This document shows, piece after piece, positions 1-12,125 of a stretch of 64,000 nucleotides of DNA; position 1 is the stretch's first letter; each line of letters begins with the position of its first letter. A program made the position numbers and the translations under genes. The stretch spans positions 1,116,001 through 1,180,000 of the forward strand of contig CM035355.1 of NCBI GenBank assembly GCA_020137815.1. Direction: 5' to 3'. The DNA comes from Hormiphora californensis. Lineage: Eukaryota; Animalia; Ctenophora. The notes below the pieces were generated by a model. The model searched no databases and was not told the origin of the DNA. It saw nothing but the letters and a program-made list of their open reading frames with translations.

Positions 1-586
1 GCTTTGAAAAATAGCTAACGTGATTCAGCTTATCAAAATTAGTCGGATACAGCGGTTTTGGCTTTGATATAAAAAAGTTGATTCACTAAAATGGCTCTAA
101 CCGCCAAACCACTTAACCGTTTTGGCTGATTCAAAGTTTATCTGGTAGGGAATGTCAAGGCCTAACCCCATCCCAAACCCCAACCCTACTTTAGCCCTAA
201 CCCTAATAAACCGTTTGTCAGCACTCCCAAAACACCCAGATTTTAACGCTGGCGGCTGGCCGAATTTGTAATATGTAATGTAATATATTTATTTAATAAA
301 CCACTTTCCAGTGTAAATAATACGGTGTCCGTATTGATAGCCAACGCTATACGAACACACACACACACACACACACACACTTTCTTAAGTGGTTATTTCC
401 AGGAATCATCATCATCATCAATTAACATTTAATATACCACTTTATAGCATACATTGGTTAGATAACACTAATAAAAGAAAAAACTTTACGGATATCTTCC
501 TGCTTTCAAAAGCGGTTTTATGATCAATAAATTAGAGTCCAGAGCTAGTATAATGTTCAAGAGTCCCTTGGAATCTCAGGTCAAGT

Positions 587-939
587 CGTTTGAAACGGAA
601 AACGTTAAAAATTAAAATCTGGGTGCCTTTCATTGCTAACAATTCTTAGTTTGAAACGGGCGCGATTATAATCTGGGTGCCTTGCAGCCTGTTTACAGGT
701 GCACGCTACCAAAAGAGTATACTTAGACCGATTTTTTTCAAACGGCTATAGCCATGGAACCACATGGCCGATTTGAGTAAACTAAACGGTATCAGTTAGA
801 GAATCGTTAGCCCTAACCGATAACCCCAAACCAAACCCTAACAGACCCTAACGGATAGCCCTAACCCGTCGCGCGCGCCAAAACTACGAATTGTTAGCAA
901 TGAAAGGCACCCAGATTTTAACGTTTTCCGTTTGAAACG
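587..939. repeat. Inverted repeat pair (~587-653 / ~880-939) around a core with degenerate CCCTAA/CCCAAA runs; probable non-autonomous DNA element
   Basis: aaaatctgggtgcctttcattgctaacaattcttagttt near 615-651 is the near-perfect reverse complement of aaactacgaattgttagcaatgaaaggcacccagatttt at 881-919. A similar cctaaccc-rich core lies at ~100-210. Confidence 0.6.
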
Positions 940-1172
940 CACTTTTATTTTTTTATTTACTTTAATTAAAATTATTATTAGGAGCCGCGCGATAGACGCG
1001 CAAAACAAACACGCGCATCGACAATCTGCAAAACCCCTGGGTATTTTCAAACTTCGTAAATGACCATAAATCCGGTTCCTGACTTGTTTTGTACAAACTC
1101 TTTTATTTTATTTTATAAAAACAAGTTGTTCGCGGGCGGGGCGCGCGAAAAAACAGTCTAACCTGGCAATTC

Positions 1173-1257
1173 CTGACGAGATAGACTTGAAATTTGGAGG
1201 TTACGAAGATCTTGCTAAGTTCTTCCGAACCTCCAAATTTCAAGTCTATCTTATCAG
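1173..1257. repeat. Hairpin repeat with gagatagacttgaaattt arms (DINE-1/HINE-like motif)
   Basis: ctgacgagatagacttgaaatttggagg pairs with cctccaaatttcaagtctatcttatcag. A related hairpin lies at ~31568-31730. Confidence 0.65.
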
Positions 1258-1535
1258 ATATGGCAAATTTTGTTATTTCAGGGGGGTGACAGTTTCAAAA
1301 AAATCCGACTTTAGCTCTCTCCTTTCTTCTCTTCTCCAGTATTTTTAGGCTAGAACTAGAGAAAGAGAGATAGGGGCCCCGAGAATGACCAAGGGGGTAG
1401 GGGCTGTGATTTTGGAACAGGTTGTGAGTGTGACTTCAGCTTTTTTCGAGATGGTGGTTGTTGTTATGAAACCAGATGTTCTTCCCATTTTCCGCATAAT
1501 ATTGATGCTGTATCGGTAGAAAGATAGGGAGGCAG

Positions 1536-1597
1536 CTGTCTGGCGCCGCGACCCATCTAAGCGCACTGTCAAATTGGGGTCTGGCGCCGCCAGACAG
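1536..1597. mobile_element. 62-bp micro-MITE with CTGTCTGGCG...CGCCAGACAG ends and 8-bp TSD GGAGGCAG
   Basis: 10-bp perfect TIRs. Identical GGAGGCAG at 1528-1535 and 1598-1605. A second copy in opposite orientation lies at 31623-31691. Confidence 0.85.
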
Positions 1598-1883
1598 GGA
1601 GGCAGAGAGGTTGGGAGTGTGATGGCTGAGAGAGGGATTGAAGTATAGAGACTGTTGTCTGGCACCGCCACACCCCGTTTCGATTCTCAGGCGACAGAGT
1701 GCTGAGAGTGAGATCGGGTGTTACAACTATTTCCCCCACTTAAACTTTTTTAACACTTTATCTTTCCATTTTCTTTCTTAACCACCAGCCCATCCCCACA
1801 TTCTATAACTTTCCAACCCTTATCTGTCATCTCTCAGTTCAAAACGACTGTTGAGAGAGAGAGAGTGAGTGATAGTGAGAGAA

Positions 1884-1954
<71 letters not shown>

Positions 1955-1989
1955 AGAGACAAGAGTTCATCCTCGTGCGAGGATTCGTA

Positions 1990-2100
1990 TCACGTGATGC
2001 TGTAAGCCAATCAGGGGCCTGCATTGTTCGCCTAATATTGCAAGCCAATCAGGGACCTGCATTGTTCGCGCGTGACTTTGTCACGCGATCAGTCATCCCG
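1990..2100 (+). promoter_or_regulatory. Candidate promoter: E-box, duplicated CCAAT module, CpG-rich patch
   Basis: CACGTG at ~1991. agccaatcaggg(g/a)cctgcattgttcgc occurs twice (~2005 and ~2043). Followed by + strand donor and acceptor motifs. Confidence 0.4.
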
Positions 2101-3542
2101 CGGGAAAGGCTCATTTCCTTTATTCGTCATTTCGATTCCTGATCGCCTCTCTCTCTGATCAAAAAGTGAGTCCCCACTGCTTGGATCGTTTGTCAGGCTA
2201 ATGCGGTGACCTCTGTTCTCGAGCTAAAAGAAATGAGAATAGGCTCTGACAGCTCCTATTTGCTTGAATACCTCTTACATCTCTTAACAATTGTTCTCTC
2301 TCTCTCAGATATCCTGCACCTGTTTTGAGATATTCTACTGCTACAGTTACTTCCCAGCCAACTCCCACTACCTGCCCAGCTCCTGCTCACTCCCAGTGTT
2401 AACATCCCACCCTACTGAACAAGGTAACAGATATAATAAAGCTAAAGACAACTCAAGACACGCACTTTTTTCAGTGTGTTGATTTATGTGTTACAATTCA
2501 ATAACACTTTTTCTTCCCTCTCAGCTCTCCGATCCCATTCTATCACGCGACTACACAGTTGAGAGGAGGAATAAGGACAATTCACTCGCTGCTGGAACAC
2601 CAGAAGGTAATTAATAATTATAGTGCTGATTTTCTGTGAGATCTGTGTTTTTTTCTCTGTCAGAATGCCAGATAGATATCAGTTTTAGCTAGATCTTGAT
2701 TACCCAGTGGTACCGGAACCGAGGGGGGGGGGGCATACATTGTTGACTGAATTATTTTCTACATCCTTCAATCTCTCTAACACCGTGCTCTCAGGAGTTG
2801 TAAGCGAGGATCATGATATTGGTGAAGAAATAGAGAGGGGACATATTTGAGGATTTCTCAAAAATCTGTGGAGGATGCTGGACGTTTGTATCTTTTTGTC
2901 TCAGCGAACAAGGTGAGAAACACTCTAGGGGGGTCTGATATCAATCAACACTTAGTTCATAATGGCCCACTGTGGGGGTGCACTGCCTTTATATGGCCAC
3001 TGTGGGGGTACATTACTAGATTGCCATTTGCACTTAGAACCAACTGTTGGGTCTCTGCTTACAACTAGTTTTACCTGCCTAGTAGGATCAAAGAAGAACC
3101 TCTCATGGAGGGGTCAGATCCATATTGCCATAAGAAGAATGCTTGTGTTCTGAACTGTGAGAACCTGTACTGTATTCAATCACATGACCTTGCGTTATAC
3201 GTCAAGCAACCTTTGGTGTATAGGCCAGTCATTTTTTGTCATTTTGGGGCCGTTTGGTGAACTGAGACATAACAAAGGTTTTCCACTTGTATTGTACTCC
3301 TATGGGGTCCTAGAAACACCAAAAAAATCGTCCACTCCAACCAAGGTGAAGAAAGTGCCCAAAATGGCCACACCCTTTTTGCCTGCATTTTCTGCCTTGA
3401 CCAAAAATAGCAACTTTGCTTTGGATTGGAGTAGAAACGTAAATGAGGGCACTAAAATGTGTAGAATGAGCAGCAGAATCGATTGGTACCAAGCAGAAGT
3501 CGCTATCTCATCAGGTTCGAGAGATAATTGGATAATTAGGTA

Positions 3543-3920
3543 TGCACATAACCGTTTTTGAGCCATATGGCTATAGCCGCTCAGGAGCGGTTTCAGAAAT
3601 TTTGCTTCACAGGAGCTTGTTCAGCATATAAAATTTAGTGGGGGTAACAAATATGAAGTTTTTATCGCATAAGGTCAATGAGTTATTCAACTTTAAAGAT
3701 CGAAAAATGGGGGTAAAAAGTCGAAATTTGGTCATTTTCCTTCATTTTACCCTGATTTTTCGATCTTTAAAGTTGAATAACTCATTGACCTTATGCGATA
3801 AAAACTTCATATTTGTTACCCCCACTAATTTTTATATGCTGAACAAGCTCCTGTGAAGCAAAATTTCTGAAACCGCTCCTGAGCGGCTATAGCCATATGG
3901 CTCAAAAACGGTTATGCGCA
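3543..3920. repeat. Near-perfect ~380-bp palindrome (~175-bp arms) inside the composite element
   Basis: cataaccgtttttgagccatatggctatagccg... mirrors ...cggctatagccatatggctcaaaaacggttatg. Short loop near 3720-3745. Confidence 0.9.
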
Positions 3921-5146
3921 TTCGGGGCCTGGCAAGGCCCCCCGACCCGAACATAACCCAATCTCAACCCATCCCCCCTAAAACATCCCCCCTAAAACTA
4001 AAACAACGGGGCCGAGCCGACAGGCCCTTAATACCAGATGAAAAAAAAACCATAAAACCATAAACCATAAACCATAAACCATAAACCATAACCATAGATA
4101 TTTTTAGAGTGAAAGTTTTGAAGCCCCCTGAAGTAGTAGAGAGGTGTTCTATGGCTCGTTGGAAAGGTCTCGAGGTCCCGCGACGTATAGGGGGTGTGGC
4201 GATGACCATACCCAAACCTATAAGGGGTAGGACGCGAAAAACAGTCAAAATAAGGGGTATACAGAACTCGGCAATTATAAGGAGTAGAAAGGTGTTCTAG
4301 GGTGCGTTCGAAAGCTCTCGAGGTCCTAAAGTAATTGGAATGTAATTGGAAGTAACTACATGTAATTAAAATGTAATAACATGTAATTAAAGGGTAATTA
4401 CATGTAATTAAAAGGTCTTAATGACCCCAAATGACAATTCAGACATATTTTGACATATTTTGAGGCCCTGAGACCAGCGGGTGGCCAAATTTAATCAGGT
4501 TTCGGGTCGGCTGACGTAAAAACTCCGCGTTTTGGTCGAGATTCGGGGCCTGGCAAGGCCCCCCGACCCGAATATAACCCAAACTCAACTCATTCCCCCT
4601 AAAACATCCCCCCTAAAACTAAAACAACGGGGCCGAGCCGACAGGCCCTTAATACCAGATGAAAAAAAACCATAAAACCATAAACCATAAACCATAACCA
4701 TAGATATTTTTAGAGTGAAAGTTTTGAAGCCCCCTGAAGTAGTAGAGAGGTGTTCTATGGCTCGTTGGAAAGGTCTCGAGGTCCCGCGACGTATAGGGGG
4801 TGTGGCGATGGCCATACCCAAACCTATAAGGGGTAGGACGCGAAAAACAGTCAAAATAAGGGGTATACAGAACTCGGCAATTAGAAGGAGTATAAAGGTG
4901 TTCTAGGGTGCGTTCGAAAGCCCTCGAGGTGCTGAAGTAATTGGAATGTAATTGGAAGTAATAACATGTAATTAAAATGTAATTACATGTAATTAAAGGG
5001 TAATTACATGTAATTAAAAGGTCTAAATGACCCCAAATGACAATTCAGACATATTTTGACATATTTGGAGGCCCTGAGACCAGCGGGTGGCAAAATTTAA
5101 TCCGGTTTCGGGTCGGCTGACGTAAAAACTCCGCGTTTTGGTCGAG
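3921..5146 (+). repeat. Two tandem ~610-bp direct repeats containing (ACCATAA)n and TAATTACATG mini-repeats
   Basis: Units start ttcggggcctggcaaggcc at ~3921 and ~4542, and both end ttttggtcgag. The heptamer copy number differs between units. Confidence 0.9.
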
Positions 5147-8054
5147 GTACCTAATTATCCAATTATCTCTCGAACCTGATGAGATAACGACTTCTGCTTG
5201 GTACCAATCGATTCTGCTGCTCATTCTACACATTTTAGTGCCCTCATTTACGTTTCTACTCCAATCCAAAGCAAAGTTGCTATTTTTGGTCAAGGCTGAA
5301 AATACAGGCAAAAAAGGGCGTGGCCATTTTGGGCACTTTCTTCACCTCGGTTGGAGTGGACAATTTTTCTGGTGTTTCTGGGACCCCATAGGAGTACAAT
5401 GCAAGTGGAAAACCTTTGTTATGTCTCAGTTCACCAATTAAGCAAAAAGTGACTGGCCTAGTATGTTTTGGCGGTAACCAGCCGATGACCAAGCATACAT
5501 ATCCAAACATCGGTTGTGGGGATGGTATCCAATTGAGGATGTGATTCAAGAATGGGAATTATTTGGTATTGGTCCTTGCATGCCATAAAACCTGTGTTTA
5601 AATTTTTATGGCAATGTGGATGTGTCCTATCGTCTTGTGTCTAATAGGAAACTGCATGAGGGTGTTCAAATTTTGGTCGTTACTCGACAGGTCTTTTTCC
5701 AACTTGCATTCTGATATTGCAACTTGAGGGTGATTTGCTGTCCTATTATAAAATTGGGGTTAATGGAGGTGAGGTTATCTATAGTCAGTGATAGTGCAGT
5801 CTATCAAATCGAATCTTCTTCGTTACTTTGCGTTTGACTTTCCATGATTGGCCTAGGTGGGATACGTATACTATCTGTTAAGTTTGACGCTAGGGGTAAA
5901 ATGGCTCATGTCCGGGCATTTCGGTCCTATAGCAATAAGTGACAACACATTTTCTTCTAATTTGTCAACTTTTGAGTCACCCATGCAGCTTGCTTGGTCT
6001 CCAAATAGAAGTGAAATGGATTACTGCAGGGGTATCCATGCACCCAGGAAGGCTGGCCTACTTGCAATGGTTCATATGTCAATTGTCCTGACCCCCAAAA
6101 TTATTAACCCGGGTGTTACTCACCAAATCTGAGCTTAGTGCAGTTGGATTGCTGCGCCCAGTTAACTCGATAACTGGTCAAAATGTAGACAGTAGATTGT
6201 AGATGTAAATCATAGCTGCCAATAATGTAACCCAGTTAACACTAAACATATTCAAAATTTCTGATATTCGAGAGGTCCAATTGGCTGGAATGGACCGTTT
6301 TTGGCTTGAAATGTTGTAGCAGTGCAGTCCTAGCACCTGCAGCTGTGTGACTGGCTCCGGGCTGTCTGTTATGACTTATCAAGGTCTGCCGAGATCATTG
6401 CCTAATTCTAATTCACACATACTTTACTGGTATATTGTCGGCCGTCAACTGACTTTCGCTTCCAGTTTTGGTGTGGTTTAGAATTTAGAAATGATTTAAT
6501 AGGAACTTGGTAGGTCATAGCACCTTTATTTTGTCTGAAGTGACAAGAGTTTTTTGTTTGTACTCTGCTCTCTTATCTGAGCACTAAAGTGTCGTCAACA
6601 GTCAAGGCCATGTGTTAAATGTGTAATTAAAGAAACTTCTGAAGTTTTGATTCCATTTACCTAACTCCCCTCCCCCAACCCCAGGTCCTTTGAGGTCAGC
6701 ATAACACGTTGCAGTTTGAACCGAAAACGCTTGGAACCTACAGAGCCTTGAACAACGGTATGTTATGATAGCAGTTTGACAACACATTTTCTTCTAATTT
6801 GTCAACTTTTGAGTCACCCATGCAGCTCGCTCGGTCTCCAAATAGAATTGAAATGGATTACTGCAGGGGTATCCATGCACCCTAGTAAGGCTGGCCTACT
6901 TGCACTAAACTTTTTGATCTGTTGAAACTGTAATGGAGTTTCAGGCTACATTCTAAACTGCTCACCTAGTAGCCAATCGTTGTGAAACCGTGAAGGGGTT
7001 TCCTGCATTATAATATTTAGAAGCACTGAATTTCTGGTTCATATGTCAATTGTCCTTGACCCCCAAAGTTATTAACCCGGGTGTTACTCACCAAATCTGA
7101 GCTTAGTGCAGTTGTCGCTGCGCCCAGTTAACTCGATGACTGGTCAAAATATAGAAAGGAGATTATAGATTTAAATCAGAGCTGACAATTATATAATCAA
7201 TTATATAAGTTAAGTAGTTAATATATTCATATGTCAATTGTCCTTGACCCCCAAAGTTATTAACCCGGGTGTTACTCACCAAATCTGAGCTTAGTGCAGT
7301 TGTCGCTGCGCCCAGTTAACTCGATGACTGGTCACATATAGAAAGGAGATTATAGATTTAAATCAGAGCTGACAATTATATATCCATTATATAAGTTAAG
7401 TAGTTAATATATTCAAAAATTCCGATGTTCGAGAGGGCCAAAATTGGGGCGGAAAATTGGCCCCGTTTTTGGGCTTAAAATTTTTTGTAGAGTCCTAGCA
7501 CTGCAGCGGTGTGACGGGCTGGGGCCCCACGGGGGGGAATTCTAGGGCCCGAATTTTGGGAAAAGATGTTTCCCAAACCCCAATAAGGGGAAGTAAAAAA
7601 TTTTTAAGGTAATGCTAAGAAAAGAGAGTTTGTTGGTGCTTGTTTGGTAATGCTTTAAAACCCAGCGTTGGGGGGCGGGAAAACAAAACTGGCGATTTAA
7701 GTCCGGGGCGTTTGGAAAACCCCAAACCGGGTTTTTTTAAAAGAAACGACTTTTTTTGGGTCCATTCCCCCGGGGTTTGCCCAATAGTGGGGGGTGGGAT
7801 CTTTAAATCGACCAGTTGGTAGGTTGGTTGGGGGTTTTCGTGCCCCCCAGCCCCCGTTGGACTGTTTTTTGGGGGGTTCCCCAAAAGGGGGAAAATGAGA
7901 AGTTAAAAACCCTTTTTCCCCGGGAATTTCCAAACGCCCCCCTCTTTTTTCCCTTTTGGGAATCAGTTACACATTAGTTTGAAAACCCAAAAATATAGGG
8001 GGCCCTCAGCCCAAGTCGGTTGTTGGGGGTTAAAAAATTTGGGAAATTAAAAGG

Positions 8055-11000
8055 CTGCCAATTGGGGGGTTTGCATTTTGAAATTTTATCATGAAACCCA
8101 AAAATTCACGAGGATTTGGGTTTTAGGCCCAAAAAAGAAAGGGTGTACAAAAGGGGGAAGGTTTAAGACTCTGAAAAACCCCCCCCCCACCACCGGCCCC
8201 GGGGGGTTTTTTGTGATAAAAAAAAATTTTTTAAAAATTTAACCCCAAAAAAACGAGGTTCCCAAATATCTTGGCCTAAAACTTTGCAGATGGGGCATGT
8301 TTAAAACACAAAGTTGGTAAAAATTTTCAGATTTTTTGTAAAAAATTCTTTTCAGGTTTGGGAAAAAAATTTGGGTTCTTTCTTTTCAATCAGGGGGCAA
8401 TTTGACTTCAATTTTAAATTAGAAATTTTTGGCCCAAGGATTTCTTGCTAAATGCGCCCAAAAGGGAAGCCGAAACGGCCCCCACAAAAACTAAGGGTTA
8501 AATTGATCTCCAAACCCCAGTAAACTTTCCACACCTTTCCCCAAGGGGGCCCTTTTTTTTTCCACGTGCCGCCCTTTTTTTCCCCCTTTTTTTTGGGAGG
8601 GGCTTACAAATTTGTGTAATTTGGTTCGAAAAGGGTTTCGGGCTTAAAGAAAAAAATTAAGTTTTAAAAACGGAATGAACTTTTTTCTTTTCTTCAATAA
8701 GGGGTCTTTTGACTCCAAAATTTCAAAAAAATGTTTTTGGAAAATCAATAAAACTATCAAAGGGGGTGGGGTTTCAATTGGAAAAAAATTAATTGACCGG
8801 GGGCCCCCGAGGGAAAGATAAACATTATAGGGATTGAAAAACCAGCCCCATGGATAGTTTTCAAATTATGAAATCTGGTCCACTGGGCCCAGGGAAATAA
8901 ATTCACATTAAAAAGGATTTTGGCCCCCACCCAGGATCGGATCACTTTTTTGGGGGATCGGCCCCCAAACCCAGGGGACCCAAAATAAAATTTAACAGGG
9001 ATCTTTTTCCACCCCCCAGGGATCGCCCCCAAATTTAAAGGGAGTGACCCAAACCCCCCCATAGATCAGATCAAATTGTAGGGATTTTATCCCCCCCCGT
9101 AGGATCGGGATCTCTTTTTAGGAATCTGTTTCCACCACCCAAATGGACCCAGATAAATTTTTAGAAATTGGTCCCCCCAGCCCTATAAAAGATAACATTA
9201 AAAAAGTTTTGGCCCAAACACCCGGGGGAATCAGAAAAATTAAAGGATCTGGTCCCCCCTTTGGGACCCAGATCCCCTTTTGGGGACGGGGGTCCCCCAA
9301 AACCCCAGGGTCAGCCTCCCAGGGATTTTCCCAAAAACCCCCATGGATCAGATAAAAATTAAAGGGGGCTGTTTCCCCAAACCCCAGGGAAATCAAAACA
9401 CATTGTAGGGTTCTGTCCCCCCCGTAGGGAAATCAGTTTCTCTTTTTGGGAAAACTGTTTCAAAACCCCCCCTGGACCCGTCACATTAAGTTTCGGAAAA
9501 AACCCCGGGATCAGATCCCTTTGGTAGGGATCTGATCCACCACCTTTTGGACCCGTTTCCCTCATTTTGGGAAAAAACGATCTAAAACCCCGGATCAGAA
9601 AAATTTAAAGATTCTGATCCACCCCCCCCATGGATCAGATACATTAAAAAGTTTCCACCACCCCATGGTAAGTCCCATTTTTAAGGAAATGACCCTTTAA
9701 CCCAGGGTAGTCCCTTTTTAAAGGGATTGATCCCCCCCCCCTTTGGTTCAGATCCCCGTTTAAGGATCTGATCCCCCCAAAACCCGGGTTTGATAACAAA
9801 TAGGGACTGACCCACCATCCCATGAACGGCCCCACATAACAGGGATCTTACCCAATCCCCAAAATGGATCAGATCAATTTTTGGGGAGTGTCCCCCCCCA
9901 TGGACAAAACCATTTAAGGGATCGGATCCTAGCCCATGGATAAAAAAAGACTTTTATAGGGGCGATCCCCCCCCCAGGGGATAGAAAAACCCCCCTTTTT
10001 TAAGAGAGGTAGAGGGTGGGATCAATCCAAAAAAGGTGATTTGACCCATGGGGGTGGCCATTTTCTTAAAATGTGATTGATCCATGAGCTGGGGGTTTTA
10101 AGATCCTGTAATGTTTTGACCCATTTTGAGGGGATCAGATCCCTAAAATGAGTATGTTTCCAAAACGGTTGGATCGGGATCCATCCCGGGACCCTAAATC
10201 CATGGGGTGGGGGATCAGCCCCCTTAATTTGATATGATCCAGGGGGGGATGGATAAGACCCTTTTTGGTATTGACCCAAGGGGTTTGGGGGCCCGACCCA
10301 AAAGGGTGACTGATAAATGGGGGGGGGACCAGACCTTTTATAATGTGATTGCCCCAAGTGCGGGTGGATAAGATCTCTAAAATGGATTGATTTTCCTGGT
10401 GGGGACAGATCCCTACAAGTGTTTGGCCCCGGGGGGGTGGTGGATAACCCCCTTAAATTTTGGACTGATCCATGGGGGGGGCCCAGACCCTTTATAATTG
10501 ATTTTGCCAAGTGCGGGGGGATTAGATCCTTTAAGTGATCAAACCCCCGGGGTTTGGCGGGGTAGATCCCTCCCCCAAAGGTGATTTTACCCCTGGGGTG
10601 GGGGAAATAGCCCTTTTAATTTGATTTGTCGGGGGGTGTTTGGTAAGCCCCTTTGTTTTGTGGGGGACAAGACCCTTTAAAAAGGGTGATCTGACCCCAT
10701 GGGGGGGGACCAGATCTTATAATGGGACCCCTTTTGACCCAAAGGGGTGGGGGGGACCAGATTTCTAAATTGGGGGGAAAATTGATCCATTTTGCTGGTG
10801 GACCCCGGACCCCAAAATGAGATCTGTCAGGGGGGTTGGGGGGAAATAAGATCGATAAATACGGTGGGGGATCAGCTCCCTTTAATTTAAATTCTGATCC
10901 AGGGGGGGGGAGGGGATTTAAGACCCCTGTTAGTGATTTTGCTCCATGGGTTTTGGTGGCCCCACCCTTTAAAATGTGTCTGATGGGGGGGGGAACCAGA

Positions 11001-12125
11001 TTTTTTAAAATGTGATCTGCCCTTGCTTGGTGGATTAGACCTTTTAAGGATCTGATCCGGTGTGGTGGATAAGTTTTCCCAAAAATGAATTGATCCATTG
11101 CTGGGGTGGTCAAAATTCTCTAAATGGATCTGTCCAACGGTGGGGGGGGGATCAGATCCCTAAAATTTTGGGGACTAAATCCAGGGGTGGGGATCAGACC
11201 CCCTTTTATTTGATCGTCCATGGGGTGAGGATAAGATCCCTTTTTTATGTGATTGACAAGGTTGGTGGACCAGGTCCTAAAATTTTGATCGGTCCATGGG
11301 TGGGGGGGAAAAAGATCTTATAATTGATCTGATCCATTTTTGGCTGGTGAATTACCCCCCTGTAATGTGATTTGTCCATCGGGTTGGGGGTTCAGATTCC
11401 CAAATTTTTGGGGTTCCCCCCCCCCCCCTTTTTAAAATTTTATTGTTTTGAAAAACACTTTATTAATTTCTGGGTAAAATGACCCCCTGATTGAGAAAAT
11501 GAAAAAAGTTCTTTCCATTTCTTTAAAAATTTGTTTTTGGAGTTTTTAAGCCAAAAATTTTTGGCAAATTAACTTAACATTGTGTAGGCCATTTCCCCAA
11601 AAATTTTAAAACCTTTCAGATGTCGGAAGGGGGCAAAAACTAGGCCATTTTGGCGAGGGGGGGGAATGTCCTGATGGCTTTGGAGATCAAAATCACCTTT
11701 GGTTTGTGGTGGTCCTTTTTTGGCCCCGGGTTGGTAAAATTTTTAGCAGTAATCGATGCCAAACCCTTTTTAAAATTTAAATTGAAGTAAAATTTCCCTT
11801 TCCTGATTGAGAGAAAAAACAAAGTTCATTCCAGTCATGAAAATGAATTTTGAGTTAAAGGTTTAAAATTTTGGGACCAATTTGGGTTTTTATCTGTAAA
11901 GCCAAACCTGAAAGTTTTAAAAGCTTTTAAATTATCGGGAAAAGTCGTTTTTGGGGGGTTAATTTCAAAAATTTTTTCCCGTAACTCCCAAAAACCCTCG
12001 GGCCGGGTTTTCCCCGGGGATTAAAATTTCATTTTGGAAAATTTTGCAAAAATTGGGCCCTACCAACCATGATCCGTAAAGGGACTTTTGGAAACTGTTA
12101 AATTTAAAAAAACCCCCCCCAAAAA
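8055..12125. mobile_element. Foldback-type element: ~2-kb inverted arms whose inner halves are ~35-bp minisatellite arrays
   Basis: Units like ccatggatcagatcacattatagggatctgatccacc run forward at ~8800-9990 and in reverse at ~10020-11400. The outer arms are inverted (~8385-8420 vs ~11775-11812). The satellite continues in the same orientation on both sides. Boundaries are approximate. Confidence 0.65.

Larger units (their letters stand above)
3221..5460. mobile_element. Composite non-autonomous TIR element (~320-bp TIRs, ends TAGGCCAGTCA...TGACTGGCCTA)
   Basis: 3221-3542 is the reverse complement of 5147-5460. The TSD reads as either TA (GGCC ends) or GTA (TAGGCC ends). No transposase ORF. 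Confidence 0.85.

Noticed and set aside
160-870. Telomere or interstitial telomeric array
   Set aside because: Only scattered degenerate CCCTAA units inside dispersed repeats.
3157-5549. Duplicated short ORFs as a transposase or gene pair
   Set aside because: They arise from the TIRs and tandem modules and show no DDE or other recognisable domain.
8800-11400. CRISPR-like array
   Set aside because: Contiguous tandem units without unique spacers, eukaryotic context, and no cas genes. The same applies to 49070-49271.
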